Shown here piece by piece: positions 11,876-24,505 of a stretch of DNA of 64,000 nt. The position numbers were made by a program, and so were the translations under genes. Source of the DNA: the human T2T-CHM13v2.0 reference genome, Homo sapiens. A model generated the notes under the pieces. It was not told the origin of the DNA and did not search any database. It saw nothing but the letters and a program-made list of their open reading frames with translations. The stretch lies in NCBI RefSeq assembly GCF_009914755.1, contig NC_060938.1; one strand, 5' to 3'. Each line of letters begins with the position of its first letter. Within the stretch, counting starts at the first letter, position 1.

Positions 11876-13579
11876 TGAACATGTTACTTTTATAAATGAA
11901 TCCCAGAAGGATGACAGCAGATGCCAACCAAAAAAGGAGAATTTGCTGTTTCATTGAGCAAATCTGGAAAATCAATGAACTGATTAAGGGAAATTGTATT
12001 AAGGCACTTATAGCTCTTTTAAGTAAGATGTAAGTCTGCCTTCTGTAGGAATAGACCATATAGACATTTTATGAAATGAAAATGTTTAATAGCATATAGA
12101 ATACACAGAAAGAAATTTTATAAAGAAGAATGTTGTTTCCAATCATGACTATTTAGCTCTCTGATTTGATAGAAAAGTGCACTTCATACAAAAGAACAAA
12201 AAAATAGAGGATTTGGGGACAATATCTTTCATGTTATAGTACTGAAATCTTTAATGCCAATGTTTAGGAAGGTGATGAATATGTCATGAAGAGGCCCCCA
12301 AGCTTTTATTTTAACACTTTTTCAGATTAGACCCCATTTCCCCACGTGAATAGCAAATGTTCAAGAGAACCCTGCTCAGCAAGTAAATACAACCAAACCC
12401 AAGAATCCCTTACGTGCAAGAATTTCTTGTCACCAGGAAGTGTGGCTCATGAAACCAGGCCAGACATTCTCACTTATTAAGCCAGGCCTCAAAGGTAAGC
12501 AGCATGAGGCTTTCTTCTTTCAAATCAAGATTTTCCATAGGATAAATTTAATCACACCAAATGTGCAATCTCTCCAGGGAAGCCATCTTACCTTAAGAAA
12601 ACTACAGCAAAACAAAAAGGCACCCCTCTTTTGGGGGAAAGAATTGAAGAAATTCTATTTCCTTATAGTAAACAAGCCAACTAATAGGGAACAAACTGAT
12701 CTACTTTAAGGACACATAGACCCAGGGAACTAGAAAAATGAGGTCCATATAAATTTATTCATTTAAAAAGTCTCTAAAAGGAATTACAATTTCTTCTAAA
12801 ATACAAATTCCAAGATTAACTTTCCTTTGAGTTGAGAGTCCATGGGATTTTTGTGCAAAATTTAAGGTCTAATTGCACAGGATAACTGATTTACTACAGT
12901 AGTCTTCCCTTATCTGCAGGAGATACATTCCAGGATCACCAGTGGATGTCTGAAACCACAAATAGTACTGAACCCTATAGGTACTATATTTTTTCCTATG
13001 CAATCTTAAGTTGCTTAATGATGAGGATACTTTCTAAGAAATGCATTGTTAGGTGATTTTGTCATTGTGTCAACATCATAGAGTGTACTTATACAAATCC
13101 AGATGTATAGCCTACTACATACCTAGGCTATATGGTATAACCTGTTGCTCCTAGCATACAAACCCCTACAGCATGTTACCGTACTGAATACTATTTGCAG
13201 TTGTAACACACTGTTCAGTATTTATGTATCTAAACATTAAAAAGTACAGTATAAAAGACAGAAAATGGTACACCTGTATAGGGCACTTACCATGAAGGAA
13301 GTTTACAAGGAAGTTTACAGGAAGTTTACAAATTGCTCTAGGTCAGTGAGCAACTGGTAAGTGGATGTGAAGTCCTAGGACATTACTGTACACTACTGTA
13401 GATTTTATAAACACTGTACATTTAAGCTACGCTACATTTATATTTTAAAAATTCTTTCATTAATAATAACTTTAGTTTGTAACATTTTTTACTTTATAAA
13501 TTTAAATTAAAAAATTTTTGACTCTTTTATAATGCTTAGCTTAAAACACACATTGTATACCTGTACAAAAACATTTTCA

Positions 13580-13900
13580 GGCCAGGCATGGTGGTTCATA
13601 CCTGCAATCCCAGCACTTTGGGAGGCTGAGGCGGGTGGATTGCTTGAGTCCAGGGGTTCGAGACCAGGCCATGGGCAACATGGCAAAACTCCATCTCTAC
13701 AAGAAATACAAAAATCTGACCAGGCATAGTGGTGTACACCTGTAGTCCTAGCTACTCAGGAGGCTGAGATGAGAGGATTACCTGAGCCTAGGGAGGCAGG
13801 TGCTGCAGTGAGCCAAGATCACATCATCGCACTTCAGCCTGGGTGACAGAGTGAGACCCTGTGTCAAACAAACAAAAAAGCCCCCCAAAAACAACAAAAA
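13580..13900 (+). mobile_element. Alu (AluJ-like)
   Basis: Diverged Alu dimer with a decayed A tail. Confidence 0.92.
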
Positions 13901-13938
13901 ATTCTTTTTTATATCCTTATTCCATACTTTTTTTCTAG

Positions 13939-14106
<168 letters not shown>

Positions 14107-15029
14107 TAACTTTTTACATTTTTGTTATTGTTGTTAAACACTAAGACACACACTTTAGTCTAGACCTACACAGGGTCAAAATCATCAATATCACTGTCTT
14201 CCACCTCCACTTCTTGTTCCACTGGAAGGTTATAAGAGCAATAACATGCATGGAGCTGTCATCTCCTATGATAACAATGCCTTCTTCTGAAATACCTCCT
14301 GAAAGACCTGCCTGAGGGTGTTTTACAGTTAAATTGTTTTCAAAAAATGAGTAAAAGTAGTACACTCTAAAACAATGATAAAAAGTATAGTTATAGTAAA
14401 AACATAAACTGTTAACACAGTCATTTATTATCATTATCAAGTATTATATACCATACATAATTGTATGTTATATTTTTATACAGCTGGCGGCATAGTAGGT
14501 TGATTTACACCAGCATCACCACAAACACATGAGTAATACATTGTGCCATGATGTCACTAAGCAATAGGAATTTTTCAGCTCCACTATAATTTCACGGGAC
14601 CACTGTTGCGTATGTGGTCAGTCATTGACCTAAATGTCGTTACGTGGCACATGACTGTATAAACATACCTATGATAAAGTTTAATTTATAAATTAGGCAC
14701 AATAAGAGATTAACAACAATAACTGATATGGAAGTCGAACAATTATAACAACCTACTATAATAAAAGTTATATGAATGCGATGCCTCTCACACTCAAAAT
14801 ATCTTACCATATTGTACTTACCCATTCTTCAGACCTCAGCTGACCACAAATAACTGAAACTGTGAAAATAGAAATTGTGGATAATGGGGGACTACTGTAT
14901 ATTTTCAATATTCTAGGAATGGGAAGGAGACTAAATATGCAATAGTAATATGAAAGAGACAGCCATGAGAGACAAAGCTGTATCCATAAGTTTGATTAGA
15001 GGATGGTCTGTTTGGAAAACAGGATGCTT

Positions 15030-15313
15030 CAAAGGCTACCACAAAGTTACAGGAAAACATACTTCTGCAAAGGCATTTGACCAGCCACTGCCTGTCCCAC
15101 CCTGGACTGGCATCACCCTTGTTACTCATCCTTGTAGCCAAAGATAATTATCTCAACACTGTGAAGTAATCCTCTTGTATTTTCCCCTTAAAAACCTTTG
15201 TCCTCCTTTACCCCCCTGAATACGCACAGTTTACTATGGCACACATATTCCCATTGTAATGCACTATGCCCAAATAAATATCATTTTCTTTAAAAAAAAA
15301 AAAAAAAAAAAAA
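15030..15313 (+). mobile_element. Retroposed ERV1 LTR fragment (MER39-like) ending in poly(A), with a 16-bp TSD
   Basis: LTR-like 'ggactggcatcacccttgttac...cccattgtaatgc'; AATAAA 15273-15278; A22 at 15292-15313; TSD ggaaaacagg(a/g)tgctt at 15014-15029 / 15314-15329. Confidence 0.8.
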
Positions 15314-16039
15314 GGAAAACAGGGTGCTTAACTGAAAACTGATACCAAACCTGTGCCTGTTCTATTCATTGTACTTCCTTCTATTTTAAATAATATTCTG
15401 TTACAGTTGTGACTTGATATGTCCTTGCATATGACAGGTCATCATGTAAAAAATCCATTTAACTCTGGCATCTTTAATTTAGTTGAATAAAATATCTCAT
15501 TCTACAAACTGGTAATGATAGTTTCTCAAAATGTTTGCTCTGTGCCTCTGTCATAAGGGTGAATATTAACAAAAACAGTGAAAAATATGTCAACTCCACC
15601 TCTAATTTAAACATCTGAAGACTAAGAGAGATTTCAAAACTGATTTGTTCTAGGCCAGCAAATTACAGCACCAGCAGCACACTTTCTCTTTCCAAAGTGC
15701 TTTTCCATTATTAATCACATTTTCTGCACGATGTTCCTTCCGTGAGCTGATTCAGTCTAATCCCCATTTTATGGATGAGTATATTTGGGCATATAAGGAG
15801 ATGCTAATCTTCTGTAGGCTATAAAATAAAGGCAGTGGACAGTGGCCATAATCAACGAGGATAATAATTTTCTGAGTTCTGATCCTACATTTTCTGTGGG
15901 TTGTTGGGATACATTGTCTTTGTTTTTAAAAATACACACACATACACACATATTCTTTATATCAAGCTACAGTGTAGATTGATTTTGCACACATAAATAT
16001 AAAATGAACCACCAGCTCTTCTGCTAAGCCAGATGGCAC

Positions 16040-16215
16040 GGCAGAATAATAGGAAACTAGAACTTTAGAGTCAAGCAGACCAATTCAAGTCAGGTTTTTT
16101 GCCACCTACCAGCTATATAAACCTGAGTGCTATTTTCGTCCATCAACTTCATCTTCACAGACTGGTAGTGAGATAGAGCAAATGCAAGCAGAGTAACTGG
16201 CATGTAATACATGCT
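16040..16215 (+). mobile_element. MIR fragment
   Basis: 'agaactttagagtcaagcagacc...gccacctaccagctatataacctgag'. Confidence 0.55.
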
Positions 16216-18354
16216 TGAATGTCTGTTCCCTCCATCCTTCCCCACATCATCAGAAAAATACAGTAGGTGGCAAATTAAATCAGTGTCCTTTACTACTTAC
16301 CCTGGACAAATGACAATTTGCAAGTTTGCAGTGCATGGCTCTCAAATAGCACAGGGCAGGGCTAAGTTGGAATGTGCCATCCTCAAACATGCTGCTCCCA
16401 AGAGGCCAACAGACAAATGTGAGTAATCCCCTTGTCTTTGCCATCACCTACGCTGTCCAAAGGGCTAATGGTAGTGGCAACTGCCAACAAGTGGGCAGTG
16501 GTAGAGGTGAACCTTTATGAACAGGGCTAAGCCAATACCAGATTATTATTCCCCATACAATTAGGGGTCACAGCTGAGTACAGCAACCTCATCCTTAAGC
16601 ACGTCTATTTCCCCTGGATGCTAAACTTGACATAATCAAGCTATTCTCATACTCTTTTGACTTACTAGCATTAGGCTCAAAAACTCCTCAGGAAATTATT
16701 TGTCATTCATTCTAAAGGGAATCACTCTAATAAGCTGAAAATATCCAGATAGCTTTTCAAATCACTTTTACACTGTTTCAATACTCTATTATTATACTTT
16801 ATCAGCTTGAAAACAAGTGCCTTAAAGGGCGTAATTTTTTCCTAAAAAACAAAAACAAAAACCAGGCTGTATCCTGTTCTCTGGAAAATGAACCTCTGGG
16901 ATGATGCAGTGAGCCACAGACCTCCAAAGACCCTTAGAATTCCCTGCTGGAATTTTCCACTACTGCCATCCCAGATCCAAAATCTAGAGCCTTGACCCCA
17001 AAGTATTTCTCTTCACCTTTTCTATAGCAAAGAACTATTTCTCTAGGCAGGACTTAGAACTAGAGAGTTCAAAACTATTTTATTTTGGTGTGAAGAAACA
17101 TAGACACCCAAAATTTTATTGCTTGACCTTGAGTAAGTGTTCTAACTTCTCAGGACTCCAAAGGGGTTGGAAGCAAGTTTGGCCTCTGTTAACCACCACT
17201 TTGTGGTTTCCTATGTGTAAAAGTCTGGTCGGACGGAAACCTCTGAACTAAGAGTTGGAAAGCTGGGGTTCTGGTCCTGGTTCTGATAATACCTGTGTGG
17301 GACCTGAACTTCTATGGTTTCAGTTTCTCCATTTATATAGTAAGTGTCAATGGCCAGATAGTAATTCTTGCCTTTAAACAAATTCTGATGAAAGCTGGAC
17401 TGTCTTAGAAAAAAATGTTCATCGTTACAAAGATTGGCATAAAATGTTAGGAGCTGCTCCAGCCCCTTTGAGGACCCTATGGTTACTATACTGGACACTC
17501 TGACAAGATATGACATGATACCCACCCCCTGACAAGAAGGGCTATCTCCTGACACACTGGCCCCTGTTGCGGGAGACAAGGAAGAGTGGATTAAGGAGAA
17601 AGATGCATGAGAAGGCCAAGGTGAGATGTAATGACTAGATCAGTAGCTAAGATATACTCTCCCTACACATAAATTTAGGCCTCTGTGCAAAGAAAGAGCT
17701 CGCTTCTGTGGCCCTGTGTGCATTTACACAGGAAGTCAACCAAAATGTCTCATTTACTGTTGATGTTATGTGCATGAGAGAGCCCCTGGCCTGTAATCAC
17801 TCCTTTCCTAGCAATACTCAGGCAGAAGCTCACCCTGCATACAAATTGCCCATCAGGGCTTCTTGCAGCAGAGTGGAAGTCAGAAGTGCTCCTGAGTCAG
17901 TGGCTCTTTCCCAATTAGGGTTGGACAGCAGAGGCTGCTTACTAGCAATAGAATGTCACCAGGAGTACCTCAGTGCACAAAAAGAATTAGGATAAAGAAT
18001 AATGTATAGTTCTGCATTGGCTACTAATTGCGCAATACTATATCCAGCTCATAAAATTGTTCTGAGAATCAAATGAATTAATATATGTTAAAAATTTTGA
18101 ATAGTGGCTGGTACAAAGAGAGGACTAATAAATGCTAGCTAGTAAAATTACTGGAATTCAATCCAGCAGTAGGTTTTGAATCAAACCTACTGCAAATGGA
18201 ATCAAAAAGATCTTATTTTACTCAATAATTGAACAAAAGGGCCAGAAGGTAAAATATATGGTAAGTCCTTAATTCATTTATTTAGAACAATACAAATAGC
18301 AATTCTAGTGCATATACAGTTATTATTACAAAATCTAGCACTAATTGTATACTT

Positions 18355-18790
18355 CCTGTGCTGGTTCTCTGTCTGACTCCACCTTACTCCACTTATTCTC
18401 TGCCCTTCTCTGCTCTACTCCGCATCCCAGAAAGCTGCCCTCCATTGACTCTTATGATATGGGCTTTCTAACTCTCTGACTTTTGACTAGGTCTAGACAA
18501 ATGGAGGCACCAGCATGAGATGAAAGCAGGTATGTTCCTCCATGGCCAAAGCTCCTGTTGAGTAGCCCCACTTCCATGACCCCAGCTTGCTCAGGGTTTG
18601 GGTATCACTATTCTTTCCCTCTGCTTCTTGAGACCAATGGATGATGTCACTTTTCCACTGTGATTAGACTCTGAATGTTTCACCATCCCTTACTGGTCCT
18701 ATTAACCCTGTACACACCTCTATATATAGTCCATAACACTTTTTAATTAAAGCCTTTGACTGCATCTGTTTCCTACTGGGAAACTAACAT
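18355..18790. mobile_element. Old ERVL-class LTR (LTR33-like)
   Basis: 'ctgcccttctctgctctactccgcatcccagaaagctgccctccattgac' and terminal 'ctgtttcctactgggaaactaac'. Confidence 0.5.
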
Positions 18791-19369
18791 ACTGTCATAT
18801 TTTCTTATATAGATGTTTCCTCGAAGTTAGTTTTTTTTCTCCCTAACTAGAGGTTAGAAGAGTTGTCTTCAACTTTTCCCACTTCAAACAGAAAGAACAA
18901 TGTGTTCAGGGTACATGCCTAGTGCTCCACTCAATCCTGTGTTTCCTCCAAAAGAAGGCACCTTTAACTAAAGAAAGCATCTCTAAAACTTGATGTGCCT
19001 ATTGCAATGAGTCTTTGTGCTTCCTTAGCTGAGCTGTTCTAGATAATTGGATCAATCATTCTCCACTGTAACGTCAGCCTCAACAGAGTGCTTGAATCAA
19101 CTGTGAACTGTGAATGATCGGTTACTAGTAATAACTATGCCTGCATATTACAGAGATTATGTCTGTGTCCATCTATGTAAAAAATTTAAGGCAGATTCAA
19201 GTTTTTGTCAAAAAATGACATCATTGTCCTAGATTGCAGTCTAGTCTTCTTAAAGTGAGAGGGAGAAACGGGTGGAATTGCCAATGGGACATCAAGAATT
19301 CTATAGGAAAAAGCTGAAAATGTAACTTCAAAAATTGGACATGTTTCTGAGACTGTCATATATTCACTT

Positions 19370-20200
19370 ACTACAGGTTTATTGAAGGTGGCCATGTTGC
19401 AGGCCTGTGTCGAGCACAGAGGATACAGCAGTAAACAACACAGAAATGGTTTCTACCTTCAAGGATCATGCAGTGTGACTTAAGTTCATAAATATAAGGA
19501 ATGTCATGAAGAAGAAATTCAGATGCTATTTGAGCATATAACAGGAGTCTCAACTTACCCTGGGTAGTCAAAGAAGGCTCTGTGAGGAAGCAAAGTTCAA
19601 GCAGAGCCCAGTAAGACCGGCATTTGGCCACATGAGTGGAGAAGGTGGAGTGGGCGAAAGAAAGCTGGAACAGCATGTACCACCAAGAGATGGGAAAGAA
19701 GATCATGTGTTCAAGGAGCTGAAATAGGCCACTGTGGCTATAGTAGAATGAATACAAGATGAGGCTGGAGAAGTGGGCCAGATAACGCAGGACTTTGAAA
19801 CCAAGTCAAGAATGTGAATTTTCTCTTAAGGCCAATAGGAAGCTATTGAAGGGCTTTGAGAAGGAGAGAGTCATTACCAGATTCTGAAAAGATCTCTCTC
19901 TCTGGCTGCAATAGAAAGGTTAGATTAATGAAGGCAAGAATGGATGTGAGAAGACTGGTTTGGAAGCTGGTGTATTTAGTCCAGGCAAAAGATTATGTCA
20001 ATTTGAACCAAGATGGAGAGAAGTATTTGGATTTAAAAGGTATTGGGAAAAAGAATCAGTAAAACTTTGAAACTGGGGGAATGTGGAGAATAAAGGAGAA
20101 GGTGTAGTTTTGATAACTCCCACTTATCTGATTTGGGTAGCTGGATGATGAAGATGTTACTTCCTGAGATAAGGTGACACAGAATAAAGACAGAGCTGCA
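19370..20200 (-). mobile_element. L2 LINE (antisense)
   Basis: 'tttattgaaggtggccatgttgcaggcctgtg' and 'ggccaataggaagctattgaagggctttgag'. Confidence 0.75.
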
Positions 20201-20739
20201 AGCATGATAATGTGGTCTGGCTTTGTCCCCACCGAAATCTCATCTTGAATTGCAGTTCCCATAATCCCCACATATCATGGGAGGGACTTGGTGGGAAGAG
20301 ATTGGATCACGGGGGCAGTTTCACCCATGCTGTTTTTATGATAGTGAGTGAGTTCTCATGAGATCTGATCGTTTTAAAAGCATCTGGCATTCCCCCTGCT
20401 TGCACTTCTCCCTGCTGCTACCTTGTGAAGAAAGTACCTTACTTCCCCTTCACGTTCTGCCATGATTGTAAATTTCCTGAGGCCTTCCCAGCCGTGAAGA
20501 ACTATGAGTCAATGAAACCTCTTTCCTTTAGAAATTACCCAGTCTTGGGTATTTCTTCATAGCAGCATGAGAATGGACTAATACAATAAATTGGTACCGA
20601 GCTAGTGGGACATTGGTAGAAGATACCTGAGAATGTGGAAGAGACTTTGGAACTGGGTAATGGGCAGAGGTTGCAACAGTTTGGAGGACTCAGGAAAAGA
20701 CAGAAAAATGTGGGAAAGCTTGGAACTTCCTAGAGATTT

Positions 20740-21468
20740 TGAAACTGCCTTTGCAAAATTATAACTGAGGAAATTATGACAGTGAAAGAAACCAGACCTA
20801 ACTGATTCCATCTTGCTTCTAAACTTTAAGCTGTCCTTGTTCATTCCTTGGTGTAGGCCGAACTAACTTTAGGTAGGAATTCAGTTTATGGTTAGACTCT
20901 GAAACAAAGTTGATTAACAGCCCTTTCCCAAAAATACCCCCTTATTTCCTAGGGACCAGTCTGCCTCTGCAGGATTAACAAATTAGCCACAAGATTAGAA
21001 ATTACAGTTTAGGGATCGTGTAGCCTCTGGCTCCAAGAGTCTGAACCTCCCCCACTTGCTCCTGGGGATAACATGACTATTGTAAAACCTAAGATCAGTG
21101 CTTGAGATATTTTGCAGACCCTGCACTTGATGGATCAGCTGATGCCACCCACACCAGTGATCTGGCTCAACCAGTTCTGCTATCCCAACCAGTAACAGAA
21201 GACAGCAAGAAAATTTCACTTTGACCCCCTATGATTCCATCTCAAACCTGACCAATCAGCACTCCCTACTTCCCAAGCCCCGACCCACCAAATTATCTTT
21301 AAAAACTCTGATCCCCAATTGCTCAGGGAGACTGATTTGAGTAATAATAAAACTCTGGTCTCCCACACAGCCGGCTCTGTGTGAATTACTCTTTCTCCTT
21401 TGTAATCCTGTCTTGATAAATCAGTTATGTCTAGGTAGCAGACAAGGTGAACCCATTGGACAGTTACA
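20740..21468 (+). mobile_element. LTR8A solo LTR (ERV1) inserted in THE1D-int
   Basis: 'tgaaactgcctttgcaaaattataactgaggaaattatgacagtgaaag...cagttaca', 729 bp, 4-bp TSD attt/actt. Confidence 0.88.
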
Positions 21469-21567
21469 ACTTGTTGAATGGTTTTGACCAAAATGCTGAT
21501 AGTGATGTGGACAATGAAGTCCAGGCTGAGGTGTTCTCAGTTGCAGATGAGAAACTTGTTGGGAACT

Positions 21568-22575
21568 TGTAGGGTACAGCCCCACAGAGTCGGTAGGTTT
21601 TTCTCCCCATGTGCGGAGACGAGAGATTGTAGAAATAAAGACACAAGACAAAGAGATAAAAGAAAAGACAGCTGGGCCCAGGGGACCACTACCACCAAGA
21701 CACAGAGACCAGTAGTGGTCCCGAATGCCATGCTGCGCTGATATTTATTGGATACAAGACAAATGGGTAGGGTAAAGAGTGTGAGCCATCTCCAATGATA
21801 GGTAAGGTCATGTGGGTCATGTGTCCACTGGACAGGGGGCCCTTCCCTGCCTGGCAGCTGAGGCAGAGAGAGAGAGGGAGAGAGAGAGAGACAGCTTACA
21901 CCATTATTTCTGCATATCAGAGACTTTTAGTACTTTCACTAATTTGCCACTGTTATCTAAAAGGCAGAGCCAGGTGTATAGGATGGAACATGAAAGCGGA
22001 CTAGGAGCGTGACCACTGAAGCACAGCATCACAGGGAGATGGTTAGGCCTCCAGATAACTGCGGGCAGGCCCAACTGATGGCAGGCCCTCCACAAGAGGT
22101 GGAGGAGTAGAGTCTTCTCTAGACTCCCCCAGGGAAAGGGAGACTCCCTTTCCCGGTCTGCTAAGTAGCAGGTGTTTTTCCTTGACACTGATGCTACCGC
22201 TAGACCATGGTCCACTTGGCAATGGGTGTCTTCCCAGATGCTGGCATTACCGCTAGACCAAGGAGCCCTCTGGTGGCACTGTCCAGGCATAACAGAAGGC
22301 TCGCACTCTTGTCTTCTGGTCACTTCTCACTATGTCCCCTCAGCTCCTATCTCTGTATGACCTGGTTTTTCCTAGGTTATGATTATAGAGCGAGGATTAT
22401 TATAATATTGGAATAAAGAGTAATTGCTATAAACTAATGATTAATGATATTCATATATAATCATATCTATGATCTATATCTAGTATAACTATTCTTATTT
22501 TATATATTTTATTATACTGGAACAGCTCATGCCCTCGGTCTCTTGCCTCGGCACCTAGGTGGCTTGCCGCTCACA
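21568..22575 (-). mobile_element. LTR13 solo LTR (HERV-K HML-4) inserted antisense in THE1D-int
   Basis: The minus strand starts 'tgtgagcggcaagccacctaggtgccgaggcaagagaccgagggc'; 1008 bp; TSD gaact/aaact. Confidence 0.88.
22261..22279 (-). promoter_or_regulatory. Candidate CTCF motif within LTR13
   Basis: Minus strand GTGCCACCAGAGGGCTCCT resembles the CTCF core CCACCAG(G/A)GGGC; motif only, no binding data. Confidence 0.5.
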
Positions 22576-24425
22576 AAACTGGAATAAAGGTGCTCTTGCT
22601 ATGCATTAGCAAAGAGACTGGCAACATTTTGCCCCTGCCCTAGAGATCTGTGAAACTTTGAACTTGAAAGAGATGATTAGATTTCTAAGGTATCTAAGGG
22701 TAAGATCTCTTAGATACCCTAAGGTATCTGGTAGAAGAAATTTCTAAGCAGCAAAGCATTCAGAGGTGACTTGAGTGCTCTTAAAAGCATTCAGTTTTAT
22801 GCATTCACAAAGATATGGTTTGGAATGGGAACTTATGTTTAAAAGGGAAGCAGAACATAAATGTTTGGAGAATTTACAGCCTGATTATGCAATAGAAACG
22901 AAAAACCCATGTTCTGAGGAGAAATTCAACCTGGCTGCAGAAATGTGCATAAGTAACAAGGAGCCAAATGATAATCACCAAGACAATGGGGAAAATGTCT
23001 CCAGGGCATGTCAGAGACCTTTAGAGCAGGCCCTCCCATCACAGGCCCAGAGGCCTAGGAGGGAAAAATGGTTTCCTGGGCTGGGACTCCTGCTCTGTGC
23101 AGTCTCAAGACATGGTGTCCTGTGTCCCAGCTGCTTCAGCTCCAGCTATGGCTAAAAGGGGCCAAGGTACTGCTCAGGCCATTGCTTCAGAGGGTGCAAG
23201 CCCTAAGCCTTCACAGCTTTCACATGGTGTTGAGCCTGTTCGTGCACAGAAGTCAAGAATTGAGCTTTTGGAACCTCTGCCTAGATTTTAGAGGATGTAT
23301 GAAAATGCCTGAACATCTAGGTAGAAGTTTGTTGCAGGGGTGGAGCCATCATGGAGAACTTCCGCTAGGGCAGTGCAGAAGAGAAATGTGGGGATGGAGC
23401 CCCCACACAGAGTCCCTACTAGGGCACTGCCTAGTAGAGCTGTGAGAAAAGGGCCAGCATCCTCCAGACCTCAGAATTGTAGATCCACTGACAACTTGCA
23501 CCATGCACCTGGAAAAGCCACAGATACTCAAAGCAGTCTATAAAAGCAACCAGGATGGGGGCTGTACCCTGCAAAGACACAGGGGTGGAGCTGCCCAAGG
23601 CCATGGGAGTCGACCTCTTGCACCAGTATGACCTGGATGTGACATGGAATCAAAGGAGATCATTTTGGAACTTTAAGGTTTAATGACTGCCCTATTGAAT
23701 TTTGGACTCACATGGGTCCTGTAAGCCCCTTAGTTTTGGCCAACTTCTCCTGCTTGGAATGGGGATATTTAACCAATTCCTGTAACCACATTTTATCTTG
23801 GAAGGAACTAACTTGTATTTTATTTTACCTGCTCATAGGTGGAAGGGACTTGCCTTGTCTCAGATGAGACTTTAAACTTGGACTTTTGAGTTAATGCTGG
23901 AATGAGTTAAGACTTCGGGGGACTGTTGGGAAGGCATGATTGTGTTTTGAAATGTGAGGATATGAGATTTGGGAGGGGCTAGAGTGGAATTATATGGTTT
24001 GGCTGTGTCCCCACCCAAATCTCATCTTGAATTTTAGTTCCCATAATCCGCACATATCATGGGAGGTACCCAGTGGGTAGTGATTGGATCATGGGGTGGT
24101 TTCCCCTGCTGTTCTCATGATAGTGAGTGAGTTCTCATGAGATGTGATGGTTTTATAAGCATCTGGCATTTCCTCTGCTTGCACTTCTCCCTGCTGCTAC
24201 CTTGTGAAGAAGGCACCTTGCTTCCCCTTTGCCTTCCGCCATGATTGTAAGTTCCCTGAGGCCTTCCCAGCCAGGCAGAACTGTGAGTCAATTAAGCCTC
24301 TTTCCTTTATAAATTACCTAGTCTCGGGTATTTCTTCACAGCAGCGTGAGAATGGACTGATACACATGGGAACACTACCCATCAGGTTTAGAAGTAAAAA
24401 AAAGTGGTTATGACCGAGTTAAACT

Positions 24426-24505
24426 ATGAGTTGAATCATATGAAATGGCCATTATGAGACCATTTTTTATGTACAATAATGGAAATTTAATTTGGCCCAA
24501 CCTAA
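24426..24505. mobile_element. MADE2 (Hsmar2-derived mariner MITE)
   Basis: Imperfect palindrome of about 80 bp, 'gttgaatcatatgaaatggcc...ggaaatttaatttggcccaacctaa'. Confidence 0.65.

Larger units (their letters stand above)
20208..24364 (+). mobile_element. Complete THE1D MaLR (5' LTR 20208-20585, internal region, 3' LTR 23990-24364)
   Basis: Two LTRs of about 376 bp sharing variants; 'aaattggtacc' after the 5' LTR; purine tract before the 3' LTR; 5-bp TSD catga/catgg; decayed MaLR ORF remnants 22775-23543. Confidence 0.92.

Noticed and set aside
22775-23543. Cluster of 60-126-aa ORFs
   Set aside because: Frameshifted remnants of the THE1 internal ORF.
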